From an uncultured Gemmatimonadota bacterium (GTDB lineage: Bacteria; SM23-81; DAOVCL01): 58,133 bases of DNA. Made by a program: the position numbers and the translations under genes. The stretch's first letter is position 1; each line of letters begins with the position of its first letter. The notes below the pieces were generated by a model, which saw only the letters and a program-made list of their open reading frames with translations, had not been told where the DNA came from and ran no database searches. This document shows, in pieces, positions 20,905-30,675 of the stretch. The DNA is taken from contig CAZVGK010000020.1 in assembly GCA_964626665.1 (NCBI GenBank), positions 1-58,133 on the forward strand, in the 5' to 3' direction.

Positions 20905-23900
20905 ATGAGAAGTAAACTTATTTTGGGGATGGTGTTGGCTTTAGCACTTGTATTTGGTGTGAATGGAAGAGCTATAGCCACAGCTACGGCAACGGTTGCC
21001 GACCTTACAGTCTCTGGTGAGACGATGGGGCCTGGCAATTCCGATCCTTACCTTAATCCGGTGCTCAGCGTAACCTTTGCAGATATTACAGCAGGTGAGA
21101 CGATTTCGAGCATGAAAATTCAGGCTGACCAGGTTACAGCGGCCACTTTTACTGCCGGGCTCGCAACTTCTACAGAGTTGCTCGATCTGACGGCAACAGG
21201 TGGAGGAATCCAGGTTTGGCAAGAGGATGGCACTACAACTGGTTTTCAGCCCGGGGAAGATGCCGAAGTCACCACTTCAGTAACCATATACACAGCTGCT
21301 CAGCCTGCTACTAATGCAGAATTTCTATTTTCGCCTACTAACAATAATAACCTGAGCACCTCTGCCATATATTATGTGGTTCTGAAATCGGATGGCTCGA
21401 ATATAACGGACGGAAATAGTTTCACTATTGGCATTGATGCTGTCGCTGGTGACATCACAACTTCTCTGGGTAATGTAACCCCTAATGCTGTTACCACTGA
21501 TACCATCACTATGGACGAGACTCTGCCCACGGTGTCCTCTGCTACCCAATACGATATGAATGGAAATGGCCAGGTGGACAAAGTGGTGGTGGAGTTCGAC
21601 GAGGTGGTCTGGTCAGCAAGTGGTTTTGCTGCTGCAGGTAGCGGGGTACGATTTAATAATGCCTCGGGTAGCCAAATTGATATCCTCAGTGCCAGCCCGA
21701 CAGACACCACTGGAACGGACAAGAAGGTCACCTTCTACCTGGATGAAAACGATTCGGACAACGATTACAACACAGCCTACGATGCTGCGGATCTGATTGT
21801 TACTGGCGGAGATATTTTAGACCTCTATGGCAATGATTTGGCTGATATTGCCAGTGGTGACCTCGCTGAGACAGATGCTATGGCTCCAGTGGTGGATCCT
21901 ACTTCGGGGATAGAGATTTATGATGCCTACGACGATTCCGCTTGCACCTCCGCAGGCCAGGATGGACGCATAGACAAGATTTCGCTGCACTTTACGGAAG
22001 ATATCAAAGGTACCAGTGTTCCTGATTATGACGGTTTTGCTGTCGCTGGATACTCTTTTCTTTCCTCTAAAAATCCCACTGTTACTAATGAAGTCGTCGA
22101 TTTGTATCTGGATAGAAGTGCAGATGTCAGGAATGGAACTGGATTCGATACCGGTGCGCTTCCTCAGGTAACCTACAGTAGTGCTATGGGAGATGTTACC
22201 GATGATGCTACCACACCGAACGATTTAGAGAACATCGGGATCAACAGCGCCGTGGAAGTTGACAAAGCCGTTCCTATCCTACTCTCTGCTACCACCCAGG
22301 ATGCCGATCTGGACGGAGTTATAGATGGCTATAAGTTGATCTTCAGCGAGCATGTGGATGTTACTTCTGGGAATTTAACGGATGGGTTTAGTTTTATCAC
22401 CGGTGGCTTCAGTTGGGCGTCTTCAGGCCACACCACGATTAGTGATACCGTTCTGCTAAAGATCAATGAGACTACGGTAAACAGCGGCATCATCCCTGCC
22501 TTCGGATACACACAAGCTGCAAATCAGTTGAATGATGGTGCAACTGATGCAACCGGAGCCCCCGATGTGAACTATTATGCTACTGAAAACCCCATCCCCG
22601 GCTCCAAGACACACGATGGTGTCTCACCTATTCTTATGTCGGTGAAAACCGGAGACAATGACAGGGATGGGAAACTCGACAGCATAGTGGTCACCTTTAG
22701 CGAGCCGATGAAGGATGCTATTGACTACTCGACCGGGGTTACTATTGCCGGGCACACCGTAACCAGAACTGTCCATAGCTCTGGTAGCGCGGTGGTAGGC
22801 TACATCATAAACGAGGGGAGTGGCTACGATACCGATGACACCCCTAACTGGTCCTACAACTCCGCAGGAGGAGCGATCGTCGACGCCAACGATTTCCCTC
22901 TGAGAACGATAGCTGTTGATGAATATACCACCGAGGATGCAGCACCTCCGATGGTAGTTTCAGCAGTTACCGGTGATACCCTGGAAGCTGGGGAGACACA
23001 CGGAGACGGTGAGATAGATCACTATGTTCTCACCTTTAGTGAGCCCATAACCGACTTTGCCATCCCGGCCGACTACGACAATAATTTCGCTATTGCTGGT
23101 CACACCATAAATGAAGCTCTAACTGAGAAGACTTCCGATGCCCTCACCTTCTATTTTAACGAATCCGGCTCTTACGACTCCGACGCCAAACCCCAGGCCA
23201 CCTACATCAAGGATGGAAGCGATGACATAAAGGATCTGGCCGATGTGCCGATGGAATCAATTGTCGATGCCGATCTGACCGAGACCGATGGGGCACCACC
23301 GATTATCGTGGGGACAGGAAGAACTGATGATGTCAACAATGACGGTTATATCGATGCTTTCACCCTTTACTTCAGCGAGCCGATTGCTGTTCCCATAAGC
23401 ACCCAGACCGGTATTGTGGTGGATCCTGCTGGAGGAAACACCGTTACCATTGACAGTGTGGCCAACATAGATGCTGCTAATGAGAAGGCTATCTTTTATG
23501 GGACAAATGATGGAGTGGGGACCGAAAATTGGGATACTGATGAGACTCCTGAGATCGATTTTGTGCCTACCCTTGGAACGATAAATGATACTCTCCTCCA
23601 CAATCCCAACTCTATGCTCTCCAGCACCGATAACGCCACCGCTGATTATGCGGCTCCTGCCCTGGTGAAAGCAGTTGGTGTAGTGGCCAGCACCCAGTTG
23701 ACCATCCGCTTCTCTGAGCCAGTAGATAATGGTTTGGGTGGAGATTTAGATGCTGCCGATTTTGTCTACATTAACCATTTTGATACTACCGCAGATAACG
23801 CTACCACCGTCTCGACAATTGATGGCGAAACGGGACTGAATGGTGCGGATGGGTTGTTAACTGGGGATGTAGACCATAATTTTCTGCCTCAGGATGTGGA

Positions 23901-26151
23901 GCAAGATAGCCTCTCCATAGCAGACAATGCTATTTACGATGTGAGCGTTCAGTCCAATAAGTGCATATTGGACACTGTGACTTTGAACGATGTTGTCGCT
24001 CCTTGGATTGTGGAGATGAGAACCATTGATTACGACGAAGATGGTTTGATTGACTACCTGAGGCTGGAAATGAGCGAGTCCATTGACGATGCCAGGCTAT
24101 ACGGTTATCTGCAGGCGGACACTCTTTCGGCTTACATCGGTGACAAATTCGATGTGGCTGGCTTCACGGGCGAGAAATGGAATCTCTATACCTCAGATCC
24201 TTCTTCTTATACCCAAAAAACACTTCCTAACGCGACTATAGTCAGATATAATAGTGCCCGTTCCCACATCCATTTCCTCGAAAACGGTGTCAATGACAAC
24301 ATCCTCTATGTGCAACTGGACGAGTCCCCTGCTCCTGTCAATCCCTACACTGGAATCGGAAATACGGATGCTACCCCTATCTGCACTATTGCCGATTCTG
24401 TCCTATCCGATATGAAGCCCAACTATATGGCGGCGACTACTGAGACTGCTATGGACAAGGTTGGCCCGGCGATTATGGAGGCGAAGACCCTCTCTACTAC
24501 CGTTGTTGAGGCCAAGATGAGCGAGGACCTTAGGGGCAACAGTGTAGATCAGTGGGATTTTGAACTCTACATGGGTAACCTTTCTAATCCCAAAGAATTC
24601 GATGAAGCTACCGAGAAGACACCAGGGGTGGTTATCCTCAGAGTTGCCCCCAAGGATGAGTGGGTCTACTACCAGGAGGGGACGGTTGCCTTTGATGGTA
24701 CAGTTTACGACGACATTCCTGGAACGGATAACAAAAACTATCAGTCTGCCTATATTGATGTCACCTTTGGTTTTGGTGTCATTGACCCGCCCCACGACCT
24801 GAACGCCTATGATACACCAGGCGATGCCAACAGCGTAACCTTGAGCTTCATCAAATCGGCCAATCATCCGGGGACTGATGTCTATACACCTATCTTGGGT
24901 TATATTGCCTTCCGCTCCCAGGACAGCACGGATACCAATCCAACAATGCTTCCCTATTTCTATCGCGCTTACCCACAGGATAACGATACAGTGGTGGTTG
25001 AGGTCACAGATGTTGACAACACCGGTTTTTATTACTGGGTAGCTGCCTATGCTGGACCTGATCTGCCACCTGGTTCAGGCAAGCTGGGCGATGGGGATGT
25101 CATCTGCTTGGATAAGGATCAGATGAATGCCATCATCGGCAAGTCTGAGGAGTTCATCGCCCTGTCTGGATTATCCAATTGTAACTATGCCATCTCCAAC
25201 AACGACCTCAATGTGGGCGATCTCAATTCCGACAATAGGGTGGGCATTGATGATTACTTTGCCCTGATTGATGTTTTTGGTTTCCAATGTGGGGATGATT
25301 TCTACGAGGGTTTCTACGATCTGAACCAGGAAGGCGGTAGTTACTGCAGGGTTGATCTGGATGATTACTTCAACCTGATTGATCTTTTTGGAACCCAATA
25401 CTCAGCTCTGGGCAAGGTGGCTTCAGTTAGCCACAAGGAAGTTGGTGTTAACAAAGAGGCTTCTATTGCCCTCAACCTGGATAAGTCTTCCACCAAAGAT
25501 TATATTCAGGTTGATGTTGTGGCAAAGGGCATTCAGGAACTATCCGCCTATGTCTTGACCATCACCTATGACAGGGACAAGCTGGAATTGATTGAGGTCA
25601 AGGATGCTGGCTTCCTGAACCGTAATGGTGGAGTTACTCCCATTGTTTATACCCATAAGGAAAATGGTGAGGTTACCATTGCCAATACCATCAGAAGGGC
25701 AACTGTGAAGACTGCTTCCAAGGGTGATGGTATCTTAGCCACCTTAAGGTTCAAGATGAGTAGTCTGAGAAACGATGGGGTTGAGGTTACAGAGGCAAGG
25801 TTGCTCGATATCTCCAGAGGGAATAACTACATCTCGGTGGCTAAGTTGGATGTTTCCTCTGCCTTTCTCCCCAAGGTCTATAATCTTGCTCAGAACTATC
25901 CCAATCCTTTCAACCCAGATACCAGAATCAATTATGATTTGCCCAAGGATGGGAAGGTGAACCTGGTTGTTTACAATACCTTGGGCCAGAAGGTGCGGAC
26001 TCTGGTGGATGGACAGGTGGAAGCTGGTTATCGCTATGTTGTTTGGGATGGGAGGGATGCCTTTGGTGTTAGTGTAGCCAGTGGTGTTTACTTCTACCGC
26101 CTGAAAGCGGGTGACTTTACGGCGGTGAAGAGAATGATGTTGCTGAAGTAA
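20905..26151 (+). CDS. Large secreted acidic Ig-like repeat protein with dockerin-like, cohesin-like and FlgD-Ig/T9SS-type C-terminal domains
   Basis: Signal peptide from ATG 20905 (alternative in-frame start 20842); about 7 D..DG.ID....FSE repeats; paired GDLNSDNRVGIDDY / DLNQ...RVDLDDY loops; cohesin-like ITYDRDKLEL...GDGILATLRFK; LAQNYPNPFNP...KRMMLLK. Confidence 0.8.
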   Translation: MRSKLILGMVLALALVFGVNGRAIATATATVADLTVSGETMGPGNSDPYLNPVLSVTFADITAGETISSMKIQADQVTAATFTAGLATSTELLDLTATGGGIQVWQEDGTTTGFQPGEDAEVTTSVTIYTAAQPATNAEFLFSPTNNNNLSTSAIYYVVLKSDGSNITDGNSFTIGIDAVAGDITTSLGNVTPNAVTTDTITMDETLPTVSSATQYDMNGNGQVDKVVVEFDEVVWSASGFAAAGSGVRFNNASGSQIDILSASPTDTTGTDKKVTFYLDENDSDNDYNTAYDAADLIVTGGDILDLYGNDLADIASGDLAETDAMAPVVDPTSGIEIYDAYDDSACTSAGQDGRIDKISLHFTEDIKGTSVPDYDGFAVAGYSFLSSKNPTVTNEVVDLYLDRSADVRNGTGFDTGALPQVTYSSAMGDVTDDATTPNDLENIGINSAVEVDKAVPILLSATTQDADLDGVIDGYKLIFSEHVDVTSGNLTDGFSFITGGFSWASSGHTTISDTVLLKINETTVNSGIIPAFGYTQAANQLNDGATDATGAPDVNYYATENPIPGSKTHDGVSPILMSVKTGDNDRDGKLDSIVVTFSEPMKDAIDYSTGVTIAGHTVTRTVHSSGSAVVGYIINEGSGYDTDDTPNWSYNSAGGAIVDANDFPLRTIAVDEYTTEDAAPPMVVSAVTGDTLEAGETHGDGEIDHYVLTFSEPITDFAIPADYDNNFAIAGHTINEALTEKTSDALTFYFNESGSYDSDAKPQATYIKDGSDDIKDLADVPMESIVDADLTETDGAPPIIVGTGRTDDVNNDGYIDAFTLYFSEPIAVPISTQTGIVVDPAGGNTVTIDSVANIDAANEKAIFYGTNDGVGTENWDTDETPEIDFVPTLGTINDTLLHNPNSMLSSTDNATADYAAPALVKAVGVVASTQLTIRFSEPVDNGLGGDLDAADFVYINHFDTTADNATTVSTIDGETGLNGADGLLTGDVDHNFLPQDVEQDSLSIADNAIYDVSVQSNKCILDTVTLNDVVAPWIVEMRTIDYDEDGLIDYLRLEMSESIDDARLYGYLQADTLSAYIGDKFDVAGFTGEKWNLYTSDPSSYTQKTLPNATIVRYNSARSHIHFLENGVNDNILYVQLDESPAPVNPYTGIGNTDATPICTIADSVLSDMKPNYMAATTETAMDKVGPAIMEAKTLSTTVVEAKMSEDLRGNSVDQWDFELYMGNLSNPKEFDEATEKTPGVVILRVAPKDEWVYYQEGTVAFDGTVYDDIPGTDNKNYQSAYIDVTFGFGVIDPPHDLNAYDTPGDANSVTLSFIKSANHPGTDVYTPILGYIAFRSQDSTDTNPTMLPYFYRAYPQDNDTVVVEVTDVDNTGFYYWVAAYAGPDLPPGSGKLGDGDVICLDKDQMNAIIGKSEEFIALSGLSNCNYAISNNDLNVGDLNSDNRVGIDDYFALIDVFGFQCGDDFYEGFYDLNQEGGSYCRVDLDDYFNLIDLFGTQYSALGKVASVSHKEVGVNKEASIALNLDKSSTKDYIQVDVVAKGIQELSAYVLTITYDRDKLELIEVKDAGFLNRNGGVTPIVYTHKENGEVTIANTIRRATVKTASKGDGILATLRFKMSSLRNDGVEVTEARLLDISRGNNYISVAKLDVSSAFLPKVYNLAQNYPNPFNPDTRINYDLPKDGKVNLVVYNTLGQKVRTLVDGQVEAGYRYVVWDGRDAFGVSVASGVYFYRLKAGDFTAVKRMMLLK

Positions 26152-26169
26152 AGGTTCTCCTGATTTCGT

Positions 26170-26208
26170 AGGCAGGGAAAGGATCATACATGGGTCCTTT
26201 CCTTGCCT
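26170..26208 (+). terminator. Strong hairpin after the large surface-protein gene (terminator or mRNA stabiliser)
   Basis: AGGCAGGGAAAGGATC...GGTCCTTTCCTTGCCT; no clear U tract. Confidence 0.5.
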
Positions 26209-26297
26209 CCATCAAAAAGGATAGGGGACCAAATTGATTATGCTAAATAAAATTGAGTTTCTGTGGTTTCTACAAGAATTTAACAGGGGGTAAGACG

Positions 26298-29036
26298 GTG
26301 AAATTAAAAAATGTAACTTTCGCTTTGGCTTTAGTTGCTTCACTGCTTTCCCTCATCTACACTAGGACTGCCCTTGCCCAGAAAGGTCCCAATGAAAATG
26401 CTACCTTTAGTATTGATTTTGACATATCCGCTGGGAATCAGGGGGAGGTTACTTACGACAGCGCACAAGTTGGGGATTGGGCGACTTTTGAGGTGAGAGT
26501 AGATGGGGTAGTGGAGTTGAAGCGATATAAGGTCAAGATAGAATTTGATACGGCCTTTGTGGAGTTAAATAAAGGCAATATCTTATTTGAGCATCCAGGT
26601 GTGGCTCCCAATCCTCCAATTGAGGTGAACATCCTGGAGAGCACAGGAGGTGAGGCACCAGCGCCCGGTGCAATTGACGACAGTTATGGCGCTGGAATTT
26701 ATGAGGCTGGATTTACCCTGGGCAATGTTGCTGACACTTTATCAGAGATGCCTCATGGTGAGGGGTTGCTGCTCTTCTGTTATCCCCAACTTAAGGGAAG
26801 CTTTACAGATAGCACGGCGACTGCTATTAAAATCTTGACGGCTGCCCTGGATGACAAAAACAATGTCAGGGATGGGTTTACCCTCAATCAATCCTACTGG
26901 ATTCTGGGTAAGAATGCTGTTCCTTCTGAGTTGGCCATCACTACTACCTCGTTATCCAGTGGAATAGTTGACTCAGCCTATTCTGACACTCTGAAAGCGG
27001 GCAACGGAACCCCCCCTTACATTTGGTCAATAGTTTCCGGAAGTTTGCCAAGTGGGTTGAGCCTGGAGGGCAGCACGGGGATAATTTCTGGGGTTCCCAC
27101 GGATACAGGCACTTCAGACTTTACCGTGATGGTCAAGGATGCTGTTCCCGATTCGGTCACCAAAGATTTGTCCATTACCATTATCGAATTGGCACCGGTA
27201 ATTGTCGTCACTCCCGATTCACTGGACTTTGACTCCGTCTATGTTGATTCAAGTGTATCTTTGGGGCTGATAGTCAAAAATGAAGGCACTGCCGATCTGA
27301 CTATTTCCGATATTCTCAGTGATAACTCCGTATTCACTACTGATTTCTCCGGGCCTGATACTTTGGCCCCAGATGATAGCCAGAGTGTTAATGTTACCTT
27401 TGCCCCAGATAGTGCCCAGGCTGAGATAGGCAATTTGACCATTAACAGCAACGCTGATACGGTGACAGTTTCCCTAACGGGGGTAGGAGTGCCCTGTGAA
27501 CCGGCAATTGTTGTTGCTCCAGGTTCGCTGGATTTTGACTCCATTTATGTTGATTCGAGTAAATCTCTACCCTTCATCATCACCAATGAGGGTTGTGCCG
27601 ATTTGGTAGTTTCCGATATTCTCAGTGATAACTCCGTATTCACCACTGATTTCTCCGGGCCTGATACTCTGGCCCCAGATGGGAGCCGGATCGTGAATGT
27701 TACCTTCACACCCGATATGGCCCAGGCCGAGACTGGAACCCTGACCATTTCCAACAATGACCATCAAGTTCTGGTGATACTTGCGGGAATCGGTTTGGCC
27801 ACAAGGCCTCAGATAAGGGTGGAGCCTGCCTCGCTTAACTTCGGGGAGGTAACTGTGGATAGCAGCTTCACCCAGCTCCTTACCATTTACAACGATGGTA
27901 ATGCCGACCTAGTGGTGGACAGCCTCACCTACCCCGAGGCATACTTGGGATCTGTTGATTCGGATACTATCTCCCCGGGGGAAAGCTTGGTTGATTCGGT
28001 CACCTTCACCCCTCCGGATACCTTTACTTATGAAGGACCGATAAGCATCTACAACAATGATGAGCTCAAGGCTGTGTATGTAAAAGGAACAGGTACTCCA
28101 GAACCAGTGCCCAAGATCGTGGTTGAGCCAACCTCTTTGGCCTTTGGTGATGTAGCGATAGGCAGTTCAGCGGATTTGACCTTCACAATCTCTAATGTCG
28201 GAAGTGCCACCTTAGTGGTAGATAGCATCATCACCCCCGATCCCTACACGGTGAGCGGTGTGACTACCCCGGATTCCATTGAACCCAACGACAGTGTGGT
28301 GGTGACTGTGACTTTCACTCCTTTGACTATGGGGGACTACGGAGGTCCAATCAAGATATTCAACAATGATGTAACAAAGATGGTTGATGTCTCAGGGCGG
28401 GGGGTAGTCTATGATGTTGGGGCGGAAGTCATCTCCTGTCCAGAGATTGTGTCCCGTGACCAGCCCGAGTCAGTCTTTGTCGATCTTATCAACTTCGGCA
28501 ATGTCACAGCGGGGGGGGTCAATGTTATCGGTACATTAATAAATGTAGATGCAGATACCTCAATTGGAGATACAACCTTGTCTGTTAGCCTGCCAGCAAG
28601 GGATACGCTGCACTTAGCGTTCGATCTGCCCTCTGACGATACGGCCTCTTACCACGTCAAGGCCCTTCTCTGCTTAATGTGGGCTGAGGATATGAACCCG
28701 GCGAACGATTGCGACTCATGCTCATACTTCTACAATGAGGTGCCGATTCGCCGGATGGGCCCGGAACTGCCTCAGGCATATTCTTTATCCCAGAACTATC
28801 CCAACCCCTTTAACCCCCTTACCCAGATCGAGTATTCCATCCCTCGTCCGGGCTGGGTGAGGCTTGAGGTATACAATATCTTAGGGGAGAAGGTGGCCAC
28901 CCTGGTGGACCGGGAGCAACAGCCCGGAAATTATAGGATTGGCTGGGATGCTAGGGACCTGAGAAGTGGGATTTATTTCTGCCGGATGCAGGCTGGTTCC
29001 TTCACCTTCACCCGCAGGATGGTCCTGCTTAAGTAG
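26298..29036 (+). CDS. Secreted protein: cohesin-like N-terminus, putative Ig (He_PIG) domain, four choice-of-anchor D/ASH-type Ig domains, T9SS-type CTD
   Basis: GTG start after AGGGGG; signal peptide; GTPPYIWSIVSGSLPSGLSL; four P.SL.F....V...N.G.ADL repeats; LSQNYPNPFNP...RRMVLLK. Confidence 0.8.
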   Translation: MKLKNVTFALALVASLLSLIYTRTALAQKGPNENATFSIDFDISAGNQGEVTYDSAQVGDWATFEVRVDGVVELKRYKVKIEFDTAFVELNKGNILFEHPGVAPNPPIEVNILESTGGEAPAPGAIDDSYGAGIYEAGFTLGNVADTLSEMPHGEGLLLFCYPQLKGSFTDSTATAIKILTAALDDKNNVRDGFTLNQSYWILGKNAVPSELAITTTSLSSGIVDSAYSDTLKAGNGTPPYIWSIVSGSLPSGLSLEGSTGIISGVPTDTGTSDFTVMVKDAVPDSVTKDLSITIIELAPVIVVTPDSLDFDSVYVDSSVSLGLIVKNEGTADLTISDILSDNSVFTTDFSGPDTLAPDDSQSVNVTFAPDSAQAEIGNLTINSNADTVTVSLTGVGVPCEPAIVVAPGSLDFDSIYVDSSKSLPFIITNEGCADLVVSDILSDNSVFTTDFSGPDTLAPDGSRIVNVTFTPDMAQAETGTLTISNNDHQVLVILAGIGLATRPQIRVEPASLNFGEVTVDSSFTQLLTIYNDGNADLVVDSLTYPEAYLGSVDSDTISPGESLVDSVTFTPPDTFTYEGPISIYNNDELKAVYVKGTGTPEPVPKIVVEPTSLAFGDVAIGSSADLTFTISNVGSATLVVDSIITPDPYTVSGVTTPDSIEPNDSVVVTVTFTPLTMGDYGGPIKIFNNDVTKMVDVSGRGVVYDVGAEVISCPEIVSRDQPESVFVDLINFGNVTAGGVNVIGTLINVDADTSIGDTTLSVSLPARDTLHLAFDLPSDDTASYHVKALLCLMWAEDMNPANDCDSCSYFYNEVPIRRMGPELPQAYSLSQNYPNPFNPLTQIEYSIPRPGWVRLEVYNILGEKVATLVDREQQPGNYRIGWDARDLRSGIYFCRMQAGSFTFTRRMVLLK

Positions 29037-29043
29037 AGCAATG

Positions 29044-29085
29044 GGGAAGGGGGGGGTCTTCTTCTCCCCCCTTCCCTCCTTGATT
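29044..29085 (+). terminator. Probable intrinsic terminator
   Basis: GGGAAGGGGGG...CCCCCCTTCCC stem just after the stop codon. Confidence 0.6.
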
Positions 29086-29660
29086 TAGGTTTTAACCTTC
29101 GATTTTTCAATCCTCAAGAGCTCTTTAACATTTCAGTGATAGTGCATCAGGTCTATCTTCGATTGACATCGGAAACTTCTGCGCGGTTTCCCGAAGCGGT
29201 AAATTTTCTCCCTGCTGTTTCGTCATAACTTGCAGTCGCCTCGATTCCATCAGAATGGCCTGGGTACTACCAACCGATTTTCACTCATCTGGTAGTTTAA
29301 TAATTCCGTAAAAATTTTGAATGACCAAGAATTACAGCTTCTGAGAACCTCGGTGTAACCAAAGGGAGCAGTGCTGTTTATCATAGTCTATTGCTTGGTT
29401 TACACAAGTTTATCGCTCCGTTGGTGAGATTTCTATTGCCAGTGTTGGGGAGATAAAGTGGGTGAGCCCCCTATGCTATAGAAATCTGACTCATCTCAAT
29501 TTAATCAAATTCGCCCCTAAAAGGATTTTCTGCCCTACCATTAACTATGTTATCCCCAAAATATCAAAAATATTATTGAAGGGTGTTGTTTTTGAGGCGC
29601 CAAAGGAAGGGTATTAAACTGTAATGGGGAAGAGTATCCCCTTAAAAAAGGAGGAAATCT

Positions 29661-29885
29661 ATGGAAGGGAAAGACCTAACGCAGATCAAAGGGGTAGGGA
29701 AGAAGACGGCGGAAAAACTCCAGGCAAGTGGATACGAGACTGTGGAGAAGATTGCCACGGCCAGGGAAGATGAACTGCGTAAAATAGGGTTGGCCCAGAA
29801 TGAGGTTAAGGGAATTATTACCTCCGCAAAGGGCCTTTATGGAGTTGCTAAGGAGAGGAAGGGAAGTTTCTGGAGTTTTGGATAA
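29661..29885 (+). CDS. Stand-alone helix-hairpin-helix protein (RadA N-terminal/NusA C-terminal-like HhH)
   Basis: DLTQIKGVGKKTAEKL..SGYETVEKIATA..DEL; strong RBS AAGGAGG. Confidence 0.85.
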   Translation: MEGKDLTQIKGVGKKTAEKLQASGYETVEKIATAREDELRKIGLAQNEVKGIITSAKGLYGVAKERKGSFWSFG

Positions 29886-29917
29886 ACAGTCAATTTTTGC
29901 CAAGGAGGTGATTCAAT

Positions 29918-30058
29918 TTGTACTCGCCCCCCCAGGAAGAGGGAACCGCAGGTAAGCATGAAGAGGTTCTAAAAGCCAAAGAAGCCACAGATATCAAGGG
30001 AAAATATAGGGTGATTTTGCAGTGTAGTTTTTCCCCTGAGATTGAGGAAGAGAGTTAA
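29918..30058 (+). CDS. 46-aa small protein absent from the ORF track; divergent relative of the two downstream small proteins
   Basis: AAGGAGGTGA RBS, TTG start. Translation MYSPPQEEGTAGKHEEVLKAKEATDIKGKYRVILQCSFSPEIEEES; GKYRVILQCSF resembles GEYRIVLQGTL. Confidence 0.65.
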   Translation: MYSPPQEEGTAGKHEEVLKAKEATDIKGKYRVILQCSFSPEIEEES

Positions 30059-30140
30059 TTTTGGGGGAAGGAGGCCGTGAGTGTTTCTGCTTGCTTCATT
30101 AAGTAGGATGAAGACATTACTTAGAGAGGAGGTGAGATAA

Positions 30141-30344
30141 ATGGCCAGGTTTAATGTGCACGACTTCGAGAACATAGAGAAGTCTCCGACTTCTCCTTAT
30201 TCCATAAGGAATAAGCTCAACTCAATGCTCAACTGCTCGACTTATGTGCGGGCTAAAGTCGATTCCGTTAATCCGGATACTGGGGAATACAGAATCGTCC
30301 TCCAGGGCACCCTGGAGAAGGAAGATACCAAGTGGGAGGAGTAG
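30141..30344 (+). CDS. Small hypothetical protein, paralog 1 (67 aa)
   Basis: GGAGGTGA RBS; 40 of 67 residues identical, ungapped, to the next ORF. Confidence 0.88.
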   Translation: MARFNVHDFENIEKSPTSPYSIRNKLNSMLNCSTYVRAKVDSVNPDTGEYRIVLQGTLEKEDTKWEE

Positions 30345-30412
30345 TAGAATAGGCAGAACCTCCCAATTGGCCTTCTTCCCTTTTTAAAATCAGTGGAAAG
30401 GAGGTGATAAGA

Positions 30413-30619
30413 ATGCCCAGGTTTCAGATGCATGATTTTAGGACAATGGAGAAATCCCCTACATCTCCGAAGACTCTCACCCATAAGGTTGGCCAGATGA
30501 TTGACTGTTCTACCGATGTCAAATGTTGGGCCGATTCCTACAACAAGGAGACCGGAGAATATCGGATTGTCCTCCAGGGAACCTTGGAGGCAGAGGATAC
30601 CAAGTGGGATTGGGGGTAG
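30413..30619 (+). CDS. Small hypothetical protein, paralog 2 (68 aa)
   Basis: AAGGAGGTGA RBS, ATG at 30413; shares HDF, EKSPTSP, CST, TGEYRIVLQGTLE.EDTKW. Confidence 0.88.
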   Translation: MPRFQMHDFRTMEKSPTSPKTLTHKVGQMIDCSTDVKCWADSYNKETGEYRIVLQGTLEAEDTKWDWG

Positions 30620-30642
30620 ATTAGACCTCAATTGAGGATAAT

Positions 30643-30675
30643 AGGGGGGCCTCTACTGGAGGCCCCCTTTTGTTT
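30643..30675 (+). terminator. Intrinsic terminator closing the small-protein operon
   Basis: GGGGGCCTC-TACTG-GAGGCCCCC followed by TTTTGTTT. Confidence 0.8.

Noticed and set aside
27305-27680. Near-identical pair as DGR TR/VR
   Set aside because: The differences are synonymous C/T changes within one ORF, and no RT is present.
29090-29560. Unassigned ~470-bp spacer as a pseudogene or riboswitch
   Set aside because: Minus-strand frames I translated gave only short unrecognisable peptides and I saw no riboswitch consensus; it remains unexplained.
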